Shown piece by piece: positions 19,360-29,129 of a DNA stretch of 64,000 nt (position 1 is its first letter; each line of letters opens with the position of its first letter). The notes under the pieces are model-generated. The model searched no databases. It was not told the DNA's origin and saw nothing but the letters and a program-made list of their open reading frames with translations. The position numbers and the translations under genes are program-made. The DNA comes from an uncultured Acidobacteriota bacterium (GTDB taxonomy: Bacteria > Acidobacteriota > UBA6911): positions 32,001 to 96,000 of the forward strand of contig CAWEJX010000007.1 in assembly GCA_963809485.1 (NCBI GenBank), in the 5' to 3' direction.

Positions 19360-21742
19360 CTCGCTGCGGGACACAGTTGACACTGTGGGTGTTTGATGCT
19401 ATACATAACCCATGCGACTGTGTGGGCGCGAGTTCAGCGCGGAGGTAATTGCCCAGATTGGAGGGATCTTGAGTGCCAATCCCTCTTTGTCTCGTTGTGC
19501 CCTGTCTCAGCGCGTTTGCGAGCTTCTGCAGTGGAAATCGCCTAACGGCAAAATCAAGGAGGTTAGTTGCAGAAAAGCGCTGCTTGAATTGCACCGCCGC
19601 GGTTTTCTCAATCTGCCGGCGGCTGCGGAATCCTGTTTCAATCGATCTAGCTCCAAGCCGCCGCCTGATCTAATGGCTGATGTGTCTGAGCTAGAATGCA
19701 CTCTGGATGAACTCGGTAAGATAAGCATTGCTCCTGTCTCCAGCCGCTACAGCAAGGCGTCGAAGATATGGAATACTCTCGTGGAGCAATTCCATTATTT
19801 GGGCAAAGGGCCTCTGTGCGGCGCACAGATTCGCTACTTGGTAGAGAGTTCAGAACATGGGTTTGTTGGAGCACTGGCTTTCAGCGCTGCACAGTGGCGG
19901 TTGAAGAAACGAGATAAATATATTGGCTGGACCGAGGCAGCTCGACGTGCCAATCTGAATCTGGTTGTTTGTAATAGCCGATTTCTGATTTTGCCCGGCG
20001 TGCACGTTCCGAACCTGGCTTCGCATGTACTGAGCCAGTGTCTGGGCCGGCTGGCGGATGACTGGGTAGACCGCTATAATTACCGGCCGGTGTTGGTCGA
20101 GACCTTTGTGGACCCGAGCCGTTTTGTCGGGACGTGCTATCGAGCGGCTAATTGGTTGCATGTCGGGCAGACAGCGGCGGAGGATACGGCGTATCCCAAC
20201 GGGAAGGTAGCAAAAGGGCCCAAAGACATCTACTTGTATCCGCTCCGTGGCGATTGGCAAAAGGTGCTAAGTACGGAGCCGAAGGTAGTGCTGGGAAACA
20301 CGCCGCAGTTCGAAGCCCCAGACGACTGGACCGAAGAAGAATTCGGGCGGGTGCAGTTTTTCGATCAACGGCTCAAATCCCGGCTGTTCACGTTGGCGGC
20401 GGATTTTTTTGCGCAACCTGGGGAACTGATTCCGCAGGCATCCAGCGGCTCGAAAGCAAAGACAAAAGCAGCGTACCGATTTTTTCAGAATGACAACGTG
20501 GATATGCAGAAGCTACTCAGACCGCACATTGAGTCGACCATTGAACGGCTGCGTACGCATAAGGTGATACTGGCGGTACAGGACACGAGTTCGCTGAACT
20601 ACACCGCGCACCCACCTGAGGGAGTCGGTCCAATCAATAACAGTCAGAATAGCGCCATGGGGCTGGAGCTTCACGACACGATGGCGTTTACTCCCGAGGG
20701 CATACCGCTGGGACTGCTCGACGTGCAATGTTGGGCGCGGGATCCGAACGACGTGGGCAAAAAGCGCCGCCGCCACCAACTGCCGATCGAAGCCAAAGAA
20801 AGCAAGAAATGGCTGGTGAGTTACCGAGCCGTAAGCGAGGTACAAAAGATCTGCTCGGATACGATGCTTGTGAGCGTCGGCGATCGAGAGGCCGACATCT
20901 ACGAGCTGTTCCATGAAGCCGCACAGGATACATCAGGTGCGAAGCTGCTAATCCGTGCCGATCGCGCTCGAAATCGAGCGGTCATCGAGGAGGACAATAA
21001 GGAAGAACTGTGGAAGAAGATGGAGGGAGAGCCCGTAGCTGGATTGGTCGATGTCGCAGTCCCGCGTCGAGGTTCGAGCCCAGCTCGGACAGCTAAGATT
21101 CAAGTGAGGTTTTCCCGAATAATGCTCAACCCACCGTCAAAAAGCAAGCTCCCAGCCTTGAGCGTATGGGCGGTGTATGCGCGGGAAGTCGACTATGGCG
21201 TCGAAGTCAAAGAACCTATTGATTGGATGCTTTTGACTTCAGTCAAGACAGAGAGCTTTGAAGATGCTTGCGAGCGACTGAGTTGGTATGCCCGACGTTG
21301 GGGAATTGAAGTATATCATCGCACGATAAAAAGCGGATGCCGTATCGAGGATCGTCGGTTGGATGATGCCGAGAGCATTCAGGCTTGCCTAGCAATCGAC
21401 CTTGTGGTGGCTTGGCGAGTCTACTGGCTTACTATGGTGGCCCGAGAAAAACCGGAGACACCGTGCAATCAAATACTCAGTGAAGATGAATGGCATGTGC
21501 TGAGCGCCTGGGCAACAGGCAAGATTGCCGATACAGTTCCCAGTACCAAACAGGCGATGCACTGGATTGGCAAACTGGGTGGTTGGCTGAGCAGAGGGAA
21601 AACTGACAATCCGGGTACAACATGTATGTGGAGGGGGCTGGGCCGTCTGCCAAGCATGGCGCAAGGATATCGGCTGGCTCTACAGATTCATGGAGTGAGG
21701 GCTGGCCCTTGAGCCACAGTCTCACCTGTGGGGTACAGCGAG
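19360..21742 (+). mobile_element. IS4-family (IS50/Tn5-like) insertion sequence, 2383 bp
   Basis: Imperfect 29-bp TIRs CTCGCTGCGGGACACAGTTGACACTGTGG / CCACAGTCTCACCTGTGGGGTACAGCGAG; 9-bp target duplication GGCAGAGCC at 19351-19359 and 21743-21751. Confidence 0.92.
19412..21712 (+). CDS. IS4-family transposase with N-terminal DUF4338 (DruA-like) domain
   Basis: N-half NSRFLILP..NLASHVL..LVETFVD..GTCYRAANW; C-half AVQDTS, VGDREADIYE, YARRWGIEVYHRTIKSGC (DDE/YREK), KLGGWL..PG dimerisation tail. Confidence 0.9.
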   Translation: MRLCGREFSAEVIAQIGGILSANPSLSRCALSQRVCELLQWKSPNGKIKEVSCRKALLELHRRGFLNLPAAAESCFNRSSSKPPPDLMADVSELECTLDELGKISIAPVSSRYSKASKIWNTLVEQFHYLGKGPLCGAQIRYLVESSEHGFVGALAFSAAQWRLKKRDKYIGWTEAARRANLNLVVCNSRFLILPGVHVPNLASHVLSQCLGRLADDWVDRYNYRPVLVETFVDPSRFVGTCYRAANWLHVGQTAAEDTAYPNGKVAKGPKDIYLYPLRGDWQKVLSTEPKVVLGNTPQFEAPDDWTEEEFGRVQFFDQRLKSRLFTLAADFFAQPGELIPQASSGSKAKTKAAYRFFQNDNVDMQKLLRPHIESTIERLRTHKVILAVQDTSSLNYTAHPPEGVGPINNSQNSAMGLELHDTMAFTPEGIPLGLLDVQCWARDPNDVGKKRRRHQLPIEAKESKKWLVSYRAVSEVQKICSDTMLVSVGDREADIYELFHEAAQDTSGAKLLIRADRARNRAVIEEDNKEELWKKMEGEPVAGLVDVAVPRRGSSPARTAKIQVRFSRIMLNPPSKSKLPALSVWAVYAREVDYGVEVKEPIDWMLLTSVKTESFEDACERLSWYARRWGIEVYHRTIKSGCRIEDRRLDDAESIQACLAIDLVVAWRVYWLTMVAREKPETPCNQILSEDEWHVLSAWATGKIADTVPSTKQAMHWIGKLGGWLSRGKTDNPGTTCMWRGLGRLPSMAQGYRLALQIHGVRAGP

Positions 21743-21790
21743 GGCAGAGCCAGGGGTCTACCAATAGAATCAACTCCCGGAACTATAAAA

Positions 21791-22504
21791 ATGCGTTTGA
21801 TGATCAGTGTTGTGTCGGGGGCGGAAGCGCGCGAAGCCCTCTCGGGAGGCGCCGAGATCCTGGACGTCAAGAATCCCGCAGAAGGCTCGCTGGGCGCCCA
21901 ATCCCCCCGGATTATTCGCGAGATCAGGGATCTATGCCGCGGGAAAGCAGATCTCAGCGCGGCGATCGGCGACATGCCCAATCTGCCCGGCACGGCAGCA
22001 CTTGCAGCCCTGGGGGCCGCAGCATGCGGTGCCGATTATGTTAAGGTCGGCCTGTTTGGGCCGCGCAACGAAACGGAAGCCCTCACGATGCTCGGCGAAG
22101 TGAAGCTGGCCGTGGCGGAGCTGCCGGTATCGGTCATCGCCGCAGCGTACGCCGACTTCGGCCGCGCCGGCACCCTGGATCCGGAATGCCTGCCGCGCCT
22201 GGCTGCGAAGGCGGGCATCCGAGGGTGTCTGCTGGATACGGCCATCAAAGACGGACACACGCTACTGGATTTTCTTGCGCCGGAAACGCTGCGCCGCCTG
22301 GCGGATCAAGCCCATGAAGCCGGCCTGCTGTTCGCGCTGGCCGGAGCTCTGCGCGAACAGGATCTTTCCCTGGCCTGTGAATTGGGGGCGGACATAGCGG
22401 GGTTGCGTACCGCCGCATGCCGGGATAATCAGCGCGACGGAATCCTCGATGCGCACCGCGTTCGGCGGCTGCACCAGGCCATTCGCGGGCGGGCAGCTAC
22501 TTAA
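21791..22504 (+). CDS. mfnB: (5-formylfuran-3-yl)methyl phosphate synthase (orf22)
   Basis: GAEILDVKNPAEGSLGA, SAAIGD, DYVKVGL, LDTAIKDG, ALAGAL, GLRTAAC. Confidence 0.9.
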   Translation: MRLMISVVSGAEAREALSGGAEILDVKNPAEGSLGAQSPRIIREIRDLCRGKADLSAAIGDMPNLPGTAALAALGAAACGADYVKVGLFGPRNETEALTMLGEVKLAVAELPVSVIAAAYADFGRAGTLDPECLPRLAAKAGIRGCLLDTAIKDGHTLLDFLAPETLRRLADQAHEAGLLFALAGALREQDLSLACELGADIAGLRTAACRDNQRDGILDAHRVRRLHQAIRGRAAT

Positions 22505-22610
22505 CCACAATCCTTAACGCGAATTTTCCCTCAACATTTCCATGAGCAGCTCGTATTTGAGCCTGTCTGCTTGCGCAACCGGGCGCAGGTTTGGAGCAAT
22601 AATGGGTATC

Positions 22611-22645
22611 CTCCGGCAGAGCCGGTAGATCTCCTAACGCATTAG
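22611..22645 (-). repeat. Degenerate end hairpin of the IS200-like element
   Basis: CTCCGGCAGAGCCGGTAG...GCATTA. Confidence 0.4.
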
Positions 22646-22698
22646 CGTTCACCGGCGTCTGTTTCAGCGCATGTCGGCGTCGCCTGGTCTTTGAGCAG

Positions 22699-23403
22699 TC
22701 AGACTGTGTGAGCCTCCAGAGAAGCTGGGGGAATCGCTGATGTATTTATGCAGGTACCGGTTGTCCGGCCCGTATCCATCAGTTCAACCAACCGTTCGGG
22801 ATGCAAACCGCTGACCACCCATGTTTCGAGCGGAGTGCGGGCCAGGAAACGGGACAGCTGCCGGTCCACTCCCCCGTCAATCCTTGCCAGTTGATCCACG
22901 GTCAATTCCGCAATCAGCTCATCCGGGTGACCTGATGAATTTTTGTCCTTCAAAATTCCATCGACATCCTTGAGCAAAACAAGCCGCCGGCAGCCGGTCG
23001 CATACGCCACCCACGCGGCAATCGTGTCGGAGGTGACCTCCCAGGAATGCGGAAGCGGGTCGGCATGAATGATCTCCGCAGAAGGCAGCAGGATCGACGG
23101 ACTGCCGGACTCGGCAATCCGTCGGGCTTCGGCCAGATTCTTCACCCTCGAGCTGCCTGGGATCAGCTGACTCAAAACATATCCGTACTGGTCCATGGCA
23201 AGCAATGCCATGCAATGAGCGGTGCTTTCAGAGAGAGTGTACCGGGCGTAAATCTTCCGGACCAGGTCGGCGAATTCGCCTCCGCCCGGCACGACCAGCA
23301 GCGGACGGCGCTGGCCCAGGCGCGATATTTCCAGGCACAGGGCGGCCAGCCCATTGCCGCGGCTCAAACTGCCTCCAATTTTTAAAATCGCGTCCAGGCT
23401 CAT
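22699..23403 (-). CDS. mfnE: Amino-acid-kinase-family protein (orf21/MfnE-like)
   Basis: KIGGSL, VPGGGEFAD, AHCMALLAMDQYG, PHSWEVTSDTIA, LLKDVDG; ATGA overlap with the upstream gene. Confidence 0.75.
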   Translation of the reverse strand: MSLDAILKIGGSLSRGNGLAALCLEISRLGQRRPLLVVPGGGEFADLVRKIYARYTLSESTAHCMALLAMDQYGYVLSQLIPGSSRVKNLAEARRIAESGSPSILLPSAEIIHADPLPHSWEVTSDTIAAWVAYATGCRRLVLLKDVDGILKDKNSSGHPDELIAELTVDQLARIDGGVDRQLSRFLARTPLETWVVSGLHPERLVELMDTGRTTGTCINTSAIPPASLEAHTV

Positions 23404-24450
23404 AATGCTTCTGCTTTCATATGCCCGGCCAGCAGGTATGCCGCTGCAAGACAGGGAGCAACCGACAACTCCTCCGCTCCCCAATTACCCGCCGGATGCC
23501 GGATTTCAAGCCCAAGGCCGGCCGCAGCAGCTCTGGCAAGAAACGCCCCCGAACCCAGCGCCACCACGGGATGATGGCGCAATCCCGGCAGCCGGCCGAT
23601 GACCTGGCTCAAGCCCTCCTGAATCTGAACCACCTGCCGGGCGTGAATATATCTGGCCAATTCGTCGATCTCAGTTTCCGAAAGCATTTCCGTGTCAGCA
23701 CATACTAGGCGCGCAAGGCGTCTGCGGGATGAGTCAAGGGAAGGCGGTTTCCCATCGGGTGTCGGGCAGGTATAGTCCTTCGTGAGCAAATGACCCAGTA
23801 TCAGGTTCACATCCCCGCTGATCGCAAAGTATTCAGAGGATACACGGCAGAAGCTGCCTGCGACCGGAACAGAGTGAACGATCGCCGCCAGGTTTGTGCG
23901 TAAAGCGCCCGTATAGACAAGCTCGCCCGACGACAGGCGCTCCAGGTCCGTCCGTCCGATGACTTTCACCTGGCCGTCCAGGACAGGCAGTATGTCGGTG
24001 GTGGTGCTGCCCACGTCCACAATCAGGCAATCGGGGAATCGAATTCCGATCCATTGAGCGGACGCCAGCCAGTTCGATGCCGCAAAATCCAGCGGGCGGG
24101 TTCCGCGCTTCGTCCAGGGAGACGAATTCACCGGAGAGGCTCAGCGCATAGCAAGCAATCCCGGGAGAGCAGGTTTCCGCGCAATCCAGCACGAAAAGCA
24201 CTCCCTCGCGCTTTGTGGCAAATATGTCCGACAACTCGGCTGTCATGGTTACGGCAGCCGCTCGAGGCGGAGCACCTGCGGATATTTCAGTGAAGATCCC
24301 GCGCATCGCCTCAGCAAGCCTTTCCTTTTCACGCCAGATCTCGAGCGGCTGCACGGCGGTCCGCATCAGGTCCGGCTGACCCCGCTCCAGCCCTAAAAAT
24401 GCGGCTTTGACATTAGCCGCCCCGATATCCCAACCAACATAGCCGATCAT
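23400..24450 (-). CDS. mfnF: Hydantoinase/oxoprolinase-like H4MPT-linked protein (orf9/MfnF-like), split by a +1 frameshift near 24101
   Basis: GWDIGAANVK, AVTMTAELSD in one frame; AASNWLAS, DVGSTTTDI, ELVYTGALRT, SEYFA, RLARLVCAD in the other. Confidence 0.8.
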
Positions 24451-24465
24451 TGCAGTCCGCCGCCA

Positions 24466-25539
24466 TTATTTGTTCGCTGATAAATCCCAGGAAGCTGGAT
24501 CGTCCTTTTTTATCACAGCCCGGCCCACAAGCGGAACGCGATCGGGCAGGCTTCCTTGCATGCACGAGTCCCATATTGCGCGGGCCAGATTGATCCCCGC
24601 AACCCGGCGAAGCCCGATGTATGAAGTCGTAAGGCGCGGATTGATCTCAATCAGCCAGGCACCTCTGTCTTTCAGCACAAGGTCAACGCCGGCATATCCC
24701 TTCATGCCCGGGATCAGTCTTGCGGCCGAACAGGCCAGCTCCAGGGCATACTCGTCCGCGGTATGATTAAGGGGCACTTCGCTCCCCAGGTACCGGAACA
24801 CGGCTCCGTTTTCGATCAGCTGGCGGTTCAGGCTCAAAGGCAGGCAGCGGTCCCCGGCAATCAACATAGACACGCTGGCATGGATCCCGCTCATCATGGA
24901 TTGTAGTAGAATCTGCCTGCGGCGTGTCACCCGGCGGATCAGCGCCAGGGCAGCAGGCATGTCTGAAAAGGAGTCAATCCGGCAGACGCCCTCGCAGCCG
25001 ACGCCGTCCAATGGCTTTATTACCAGGGGCAAACACATTTGCTCCGCTATGCGGCGGGCGGAGGCAAAGCTGGCGGCATGGCTTTCAGGTGCCGGCAACT
25101 CTGCGTCGCGGAAAATCCTGGCGCAGGACCCCTTATCTCCCGCCACGGCGACCGCCGCGGAACTGGAACCCAGCACAGAAATTCCAACCCTTTCCGCATG
25201 CGCCGTAAGCTTTTTCAGGATGCCGTTTGTTTCCGGAGCTATAATAATTACGGCATCGCAGCGCTGGAGCAGGGAGAGATAGACGGTTTCGTAATCGCCG
25301 GGGGAAACCCCAACCACCTCGTCAGCCGGCAGAGTCGCCCGGTTCAGGTTTGGGATTTGTTCCTCGAAACGAGGATCGAGGACACTGATTGTGCGCACTG
25401 CTCCCCAACGGCTAAAATCCGTCAGGACGGCCCAGAGCATGCCCAGCGCTTCGGAGGCCAGCCCGGGGGTCAAGCTCCCTTCCGGACAGCCTCCTCCGGT
25501 GAAGAATTCATAAACCAGGACCCTTGCAGGAGCAGTCAT
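24466..25539 (-). CDS. mfnD: ATP-grasp tyramine-glutamate ligase-like protein (MfnD-like)
   Basis: VLVYEFFTGGG, IIAPETNG, KPLDGVGCEG, PLSLNRQ, GYAGVDL, IEINPRLTTSYIGL. Confidence 0.8.
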   Translation of the reverse strand: MTAPARVLVYEFFTGGGCPEGSLTPGLASEALGMLWAVLTDFSRWGAVRTISVLDPRFEEQIPNLNRATLPADEVVGVSPGDYETVYLSLLQRCDAVIIIAPETNGILKKLTAHAERVGISVLGSSSAAVAVAGDKGSCARIFRDAELPAPESHAASFASARRIAEQMCLPLVIKPLDGVGCEGVCRIDSFSDMPAALALIRRVTRRRQILLQSMMSGIHASVSMLIAGDRCLPLSLNRQLIENGAVFRYLGSEVPLNHTADEYALELACSAARLIPGMKGYAGVDLVLKDRGAWLIEINPRLTTSYIGLRRVAGINLARAIWDSCMQGSLPDRVPLVGRAVIKKDDPASWDLSANK

Positions 25540-26287
25540 GCGTCTTATTCCCGTCATCGATTTGCTGGATGGCCAGGCTGTGCACGCCGTTATAGGCAAG
25601 CGAGAGCATTACAGGCCCGTGAAGAGTGTGCTATGCGATACACCCGATCCTTTTGAAGTCGCTACGGCTTTCCGCGACCGTCTGGGATTGAACGAGATCT
25701 ACATCGCCGACCTGGATGCCATTCAGGGCGCCCGACAGGTCAATCATCGCGAAATGATTGCAGCTCTTGCCGGCGAAGAAGACCTTAATATTATCCTGGA
25801 TGCGGGAGTTTCAGATGTGGAAAATACAAGGACCTGGCTCGATCTTGGCGTCCGCAAAGTTGTGATCGGGGCCGAAACACTTCGCACCTGGGATGCGCTG
25901 CAGGATATTCCCGCAAAAGTCGACAGAGACCGCCTGATCTTCAGCCTGGATTCCCATGCCGGCAAGATCCTGTCTCAATCCCCGGCACTGGCCGCACTGT
26001 CTCCCATGAAAGCGCTCGAGCATTTACAGGCTGCGGGCTGGCAGGAGGTGCTTCTGCTGGACCTCAGGCTTGTGGGAAGCGGGGAAGGTGTGGATCGAAA
26101 GCTGGCATCGGAAGCACGCAGGAATTTCCCGGATCTGAGCCTCCTGGTCGGGGGAGGGTTAGCCCGGCCCGAGGAACTGGCCGAGCTGGAAGCCATGGGA
26201 GTAGCGGGGGTTCTCGCGGCGACCGCTCTTCACTATGGGACGATTACGGCGCAACACTTGGCCGCTCTGGTCCGGAATCCCTCCTGA
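25538..26287 (+). CDS. HisA/HisF-related TIM-barrel protein (orf17 of H4MPT clusters)
   Basis: IPVIDLLDGQAVHA..GKREHYRP, YIADLDAI, LLDLRLVGSGEG, GGG; AGGAG RBS inside mfnD. Confidence 0.85.
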   Translation: MRLIPVIDLLDGQAVHAVIGKREHYRPVKSVLCDTPDPFEVATAFRDRLGLNEIYIADLDAIQGARQVNHREMIAALAGEEDLNIILDAGVSDVENTRTWLDLGVRKVVIGAETLRTWDALQDIPAKVDRDRLIFSLDSHAGKILSQSPALAALSPMKALEHLQAAGWQEVLLLDLRLVGSGEGVDRKLASEARRNFPDLSLLVGGGLARPEELAELEAMGVAGVLAATALHYGTITAQHLAALVRNPS

Positions 26288-26358
26288 TAGACGTTCCCCA
26301 CCTTCGCCTGCTTTTCGGTCCGGGCAGGCAAATGTGGAGAACGTCACCGGATAATTCC

Positions 26359-26871
26359 TTATTTGTACGCAGCAAAAGGATGCGCTACTTCGCCCTTCTT
26401 TTTCAGGATTTCAGCGACCTTCGGCTCTCCGGCCACCGCCCGCTGAATAGCAAGTTTGGTCGCTTCGTAGTTGTATTTCTGGATTTTGGCGTCATCCTTC
26501 GCTTCCCAATGGATGAACACGCCTACGAGGATAAACACATTCTCCGCCTCTGCTTTGGTGATCGTGCCTTCCTCGACGCAATCGGCAACCGCCATGGCCA
26601 CCGCCCGCTGCGCCGGGCCGAACATCTGAACCGCCTGAGTGGCGTTTTTGATGGTGACTTTGTTGAACATCACGGTGTGAGGCTTGCACACCAGGTTCGG
26701 TGCAATCACTGCCAGCAGAGCCGTGAAACCATCCTTGTTGTTGGTGAGGGTATTGCAGAACGCCGTCTCGGCAGCGCTGCCGCGCGGCCCCATCAACAGG
26801 TCGATATGAGCGACTTCATTCCCCTCGCCGACCAGGGCTTCTCCTACCATCACCTGAGTTACTTTTGCCAT
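26359..26871 (-). CDS. fae: Formaldehyde-activating enzyme
   Basis: [53 protein letters not shown]; AGGAGG RBS. Confidence 0.96.
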   Translation of the reverse strand: MAKVTQVMVGEALVGEGNEVAHIDLLMGPRGSAAETAFCNTLTNNKDGFTALLAVIAPNLVCKPHTVMFNKVTIKNATQAVQMFGPAQRAVAMAVADCVEEGTITKAEAENVFILVGVFIHWEAKDDAKIQKYNYEATKLAIQRAVAGEPKVAEILKKKGEVAHPFAAYK

Positions 26872-26964
26872 GCTTCTATCCTCCTATAATATGGAATGAG
26901 ACTGGATTGGACCCGGCCATCCAAAGAACTATCCAAGAGAACTATTTTACGGCTTGGTGCAGGA

Positions 26965-26993
26965 TCTATATATCGATCGGCATTTTTTGTCAA
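26965..26993 (-). promoter_or_regulatory. Putative sigma70 internal promoter for fae
   Basis: TTGACA-N17-TATAGA on the minus strand; imperfect direct repeat ATAGTTCT(C)TTGG x2 downstream at 26919-26945. Confidence 0.55.
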
Positions 26994-27847
26994 CACGAAA
27001 CCCGCCCTTCAAACAATGCGAGGAAGATAGCCGCGGCAGTCAGATCAGCGGCAGTCCCGGGATTCAGTTCGTGGGCCGGATCGCGCAGTCCCCGGTCCAT
27101 TTCCGCCAGTTCCGCCCGACCCCCGGGAGTGAAGACGCCGCCCCGCGCCAGAACTTCTCCGGCCCAGAGGGAAACCCGCCGCGCTTCCTCAATGCCCTTT
27201 TTGCGCGCGATGAGGGTATCCGGAACCCGGCTGAGAACGGTCAGGAAGGCTTGCACAACCGCAGCGGAAAAACCAGCTCCGCGGGATGAGGCTTCTTTCA
27301 GGGCCGGAAGGCCGATTTCAAATGTGATTGCATAGCCGGTGACATATTCCCGGGCTACCGCATCGCGCTCCCGGGCCAGAGACATGGCCTGCAACAAGGT
27401 AACCGACGGTTCTTCTGCGATGTCTGCTTGCGGGACATGGCCCAGACCCGCAGGCTGCGCAAGCCTGATGGCGGCGTATGCAAGCCGGGCATCTTCCACG
27501 GTAAGCGAATCCAGGACAGCGCCCAGGTTCTGCCGGAGATCCTGCACGCAGTCTGCCGATGCCATGCAGGCCTTGACGAGCGGAACCAGCAACAGGACCA
27601 TGCCCAGGTTCGTGTTGGATCGCACACTCCTGCGCGTATCTGCAACGGCCTGAAGGACTGTGTGCCCGACCCCCATCGGGCCCGCATTCTCGAGCGCCGG
27701 CCCGATGGCAATGGCGCTGACAAGAAAATCTTCCAGCGTCGTGTCCGGAAAATCATGCGAGCGGTTTACGTTGCCGGGCTTGGGCGCACAGGCCTCCAAA
27801 ATGCAGGCCATTTGCGCAAGCCGGGAGATCCGTTTCTCAGTATTCAT
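26990..27847 (-). CDS. CitG-like triphosphoribosyl-dephospho-CoA synthase family protein (orf7)
   Basis: LEACAPKPGNV, NTNLGMVLL, PDTLIARK, NPGTAADL. Confidence 0.88.
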   Translation of the reverse strand: MNTEKRISRLAQMACILEACAPKPGNVNRSHDFPDTTLEDFLVSAIAIGPALENAGPMGVGHTVLQAVADTRRSVRSNTNLGMVLLLVPLVKACMASADCVQDLRQNLGAVLDSLTVEDARLAYAAIRLAQPAGLGHVPQADIAEEPSVTLLQAMSLARERDAVAREYVTGYAITFEIGLPALKEASSRGAGFSAAVVQAFLTVLSRVPDTLIARKKGIEEARRVSLWAGEVLARGGVFTPGGRAELAEMDRGLRDPAHELNPGTAADLTAAAIFLALFEGRVSC

Positions 27848-28245
27848 AATTACATTGGTAAACCCCCGGCTCTGCCATGGGACTCAAAGAGTTTGACAGC
27901 TCCGTATTTTGAAACGCTGAGAAACGCTGATAAAAGCGCTGACAAACGCCGATTTGTTCGGCGAGGGTCGGCGAGCAAAAGCCGATGAGGCGCTTCCGAT
28001 GGAGTTTTCTGCGGCGGCACTGTGGCAAACGCCCGGTTTCTCATCCCCTTCATCTCCTTGCCGCACGGCGCTTGCCACAGTGCCGCCGCAGAAAACTGTC
28101 CAGCGCGGAGCGCTGGCCCCTGCGGGGATCGGAAGCGCCTCATCGGCTTTTGCCCGCGTAAGTCAGCGTTCAAGACCGGCGTAACTAGTCCAACCGCTTT
28201 GAGCGGTTCAAATCTTGCCTACGGCTTTGCCGGAGGTACCTGACT
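27847..28245 (+). mobile_element. IS200-like non-autonomous element, full-length ~400-bp copy
   Basis: TAATTACATTGGTAAACCCCCGGCTCTGCC...AACCGCTTTGAGCGGTT...GGCTTTGCCGGAGGTACCTGACT; reverse complement of 48061-48463. Confidence 0.85.
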
Positions 28246-29126
28246 CATGGGCAAGTGGTCCGGCGCAACACGAAATCGACGATCCGCCCGGCGATATCCT
28301 GGCCCGTGGTTTTTTGCAGCCCGCGCCAGCCGGGGATGCTGTTGATTTCCACGACGTAGGTCCGGCCGTCTTCAGCCCTCATCAGATCCACCCCGGCGTA
28401 ATCCAAATCAAGGCAGCGCGCCGCCTCAAGCGCCATCCCCTTCATCTCGGCGCCAAGCTCTAACGCTTCCACCTTTGCGCCCTGCGAGCAATTGGTCTTC
28501 CATCCTGTCCCGCGGCGGACCATGGCGGCCACGATCTCGCCTCCCACAATAAAAGCTCGCACATCCTCCTGGAAGTGCGGCAGGTACTCCTGGAGATAAT
28601 AGATGAACCGGTTCAGTTCCCACGCCCGCAGCACGCGATAGGCGGTCTCCTCGTCCGATATCCTCACCATTCCTTTTCCCTCGGATCCGAACAGAGGTTT
28701 CAGGATGACATCTCCCATTTCATGGAAAGCGGAAAGAGCCGATTCGAAATCCTCCGTCACGACAGTGCGCGGAGTCGGAATGCCCGCATCGGCCAGAAGG
28801 AAGGAGGTGTAGTATTTGTCCACCGTGCGTTCGATTGATGAAGCGGAATTAACCACCCGTACGCCGAGGTTTTCCAGACGATGCAACGCGTCCATGCGGA
28901 AGATGATCTGTTCGAGGGAGCCCGTCGGGATGGTGCGGACAAGAATAGTTCGGCAGTCCTCCAGGCATTCTCCGCGGGCACCGAGAGCCGGCCGCCCGCC
29001 GATGCGTCCGGCCAGCCGCGCGATCGGGAAAAAGGCCGCCTCGCACCCCCGGCTGCGAATGGCGCCCTCGAGAGCCTGCACGTGATAGCCCCGTTGGGAT
29101 GAAACAATTCCTATTTTAGCCGGCAT
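28245..29126 (-). CDS. RimK-family alpha-L-glutamate ligase (orf5/MyfA-like)
   Basis: GSLEQIIFRMDALH, VDKYYTS, KPLFGSEGKG, WKTN, YAGVDL, EINSIPGW. Confidence 0.9.
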   Translation of the reverse strand: MPAKIGIVSSQRGYHVQALEGAIRSRGCEAAFFPIARLAGRIGGRPALGARGECLEDCRTILVRTIPTGSLEQIIFRMDALHRLENLGVRVVNSASSIERTVDKYYTSFLLADAGIPTPRTVVTEDFESALSAFHEMGDVILKPLFGSEGKGMVRISDEETAYRVLRAWELNRFIYYLQEYLPHFQEDVRAFIVGGEIVAAMVRRGTGWKTNCSQGAKVEALELGAEMKGMALEAARCLDLDYAGVDLMRAEDGRTYVVEINSIPGWRGLQKTTGQDIAGRIVDFVLRRTTCP

Positions 29127-29129
29127 GGC

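Noticed and set aside
19412-21712. Druantia anti-phage system
   Set aside because: Only a DruA-like domain fused to a transposase inside TIRs; no DruE helicase or partner genes
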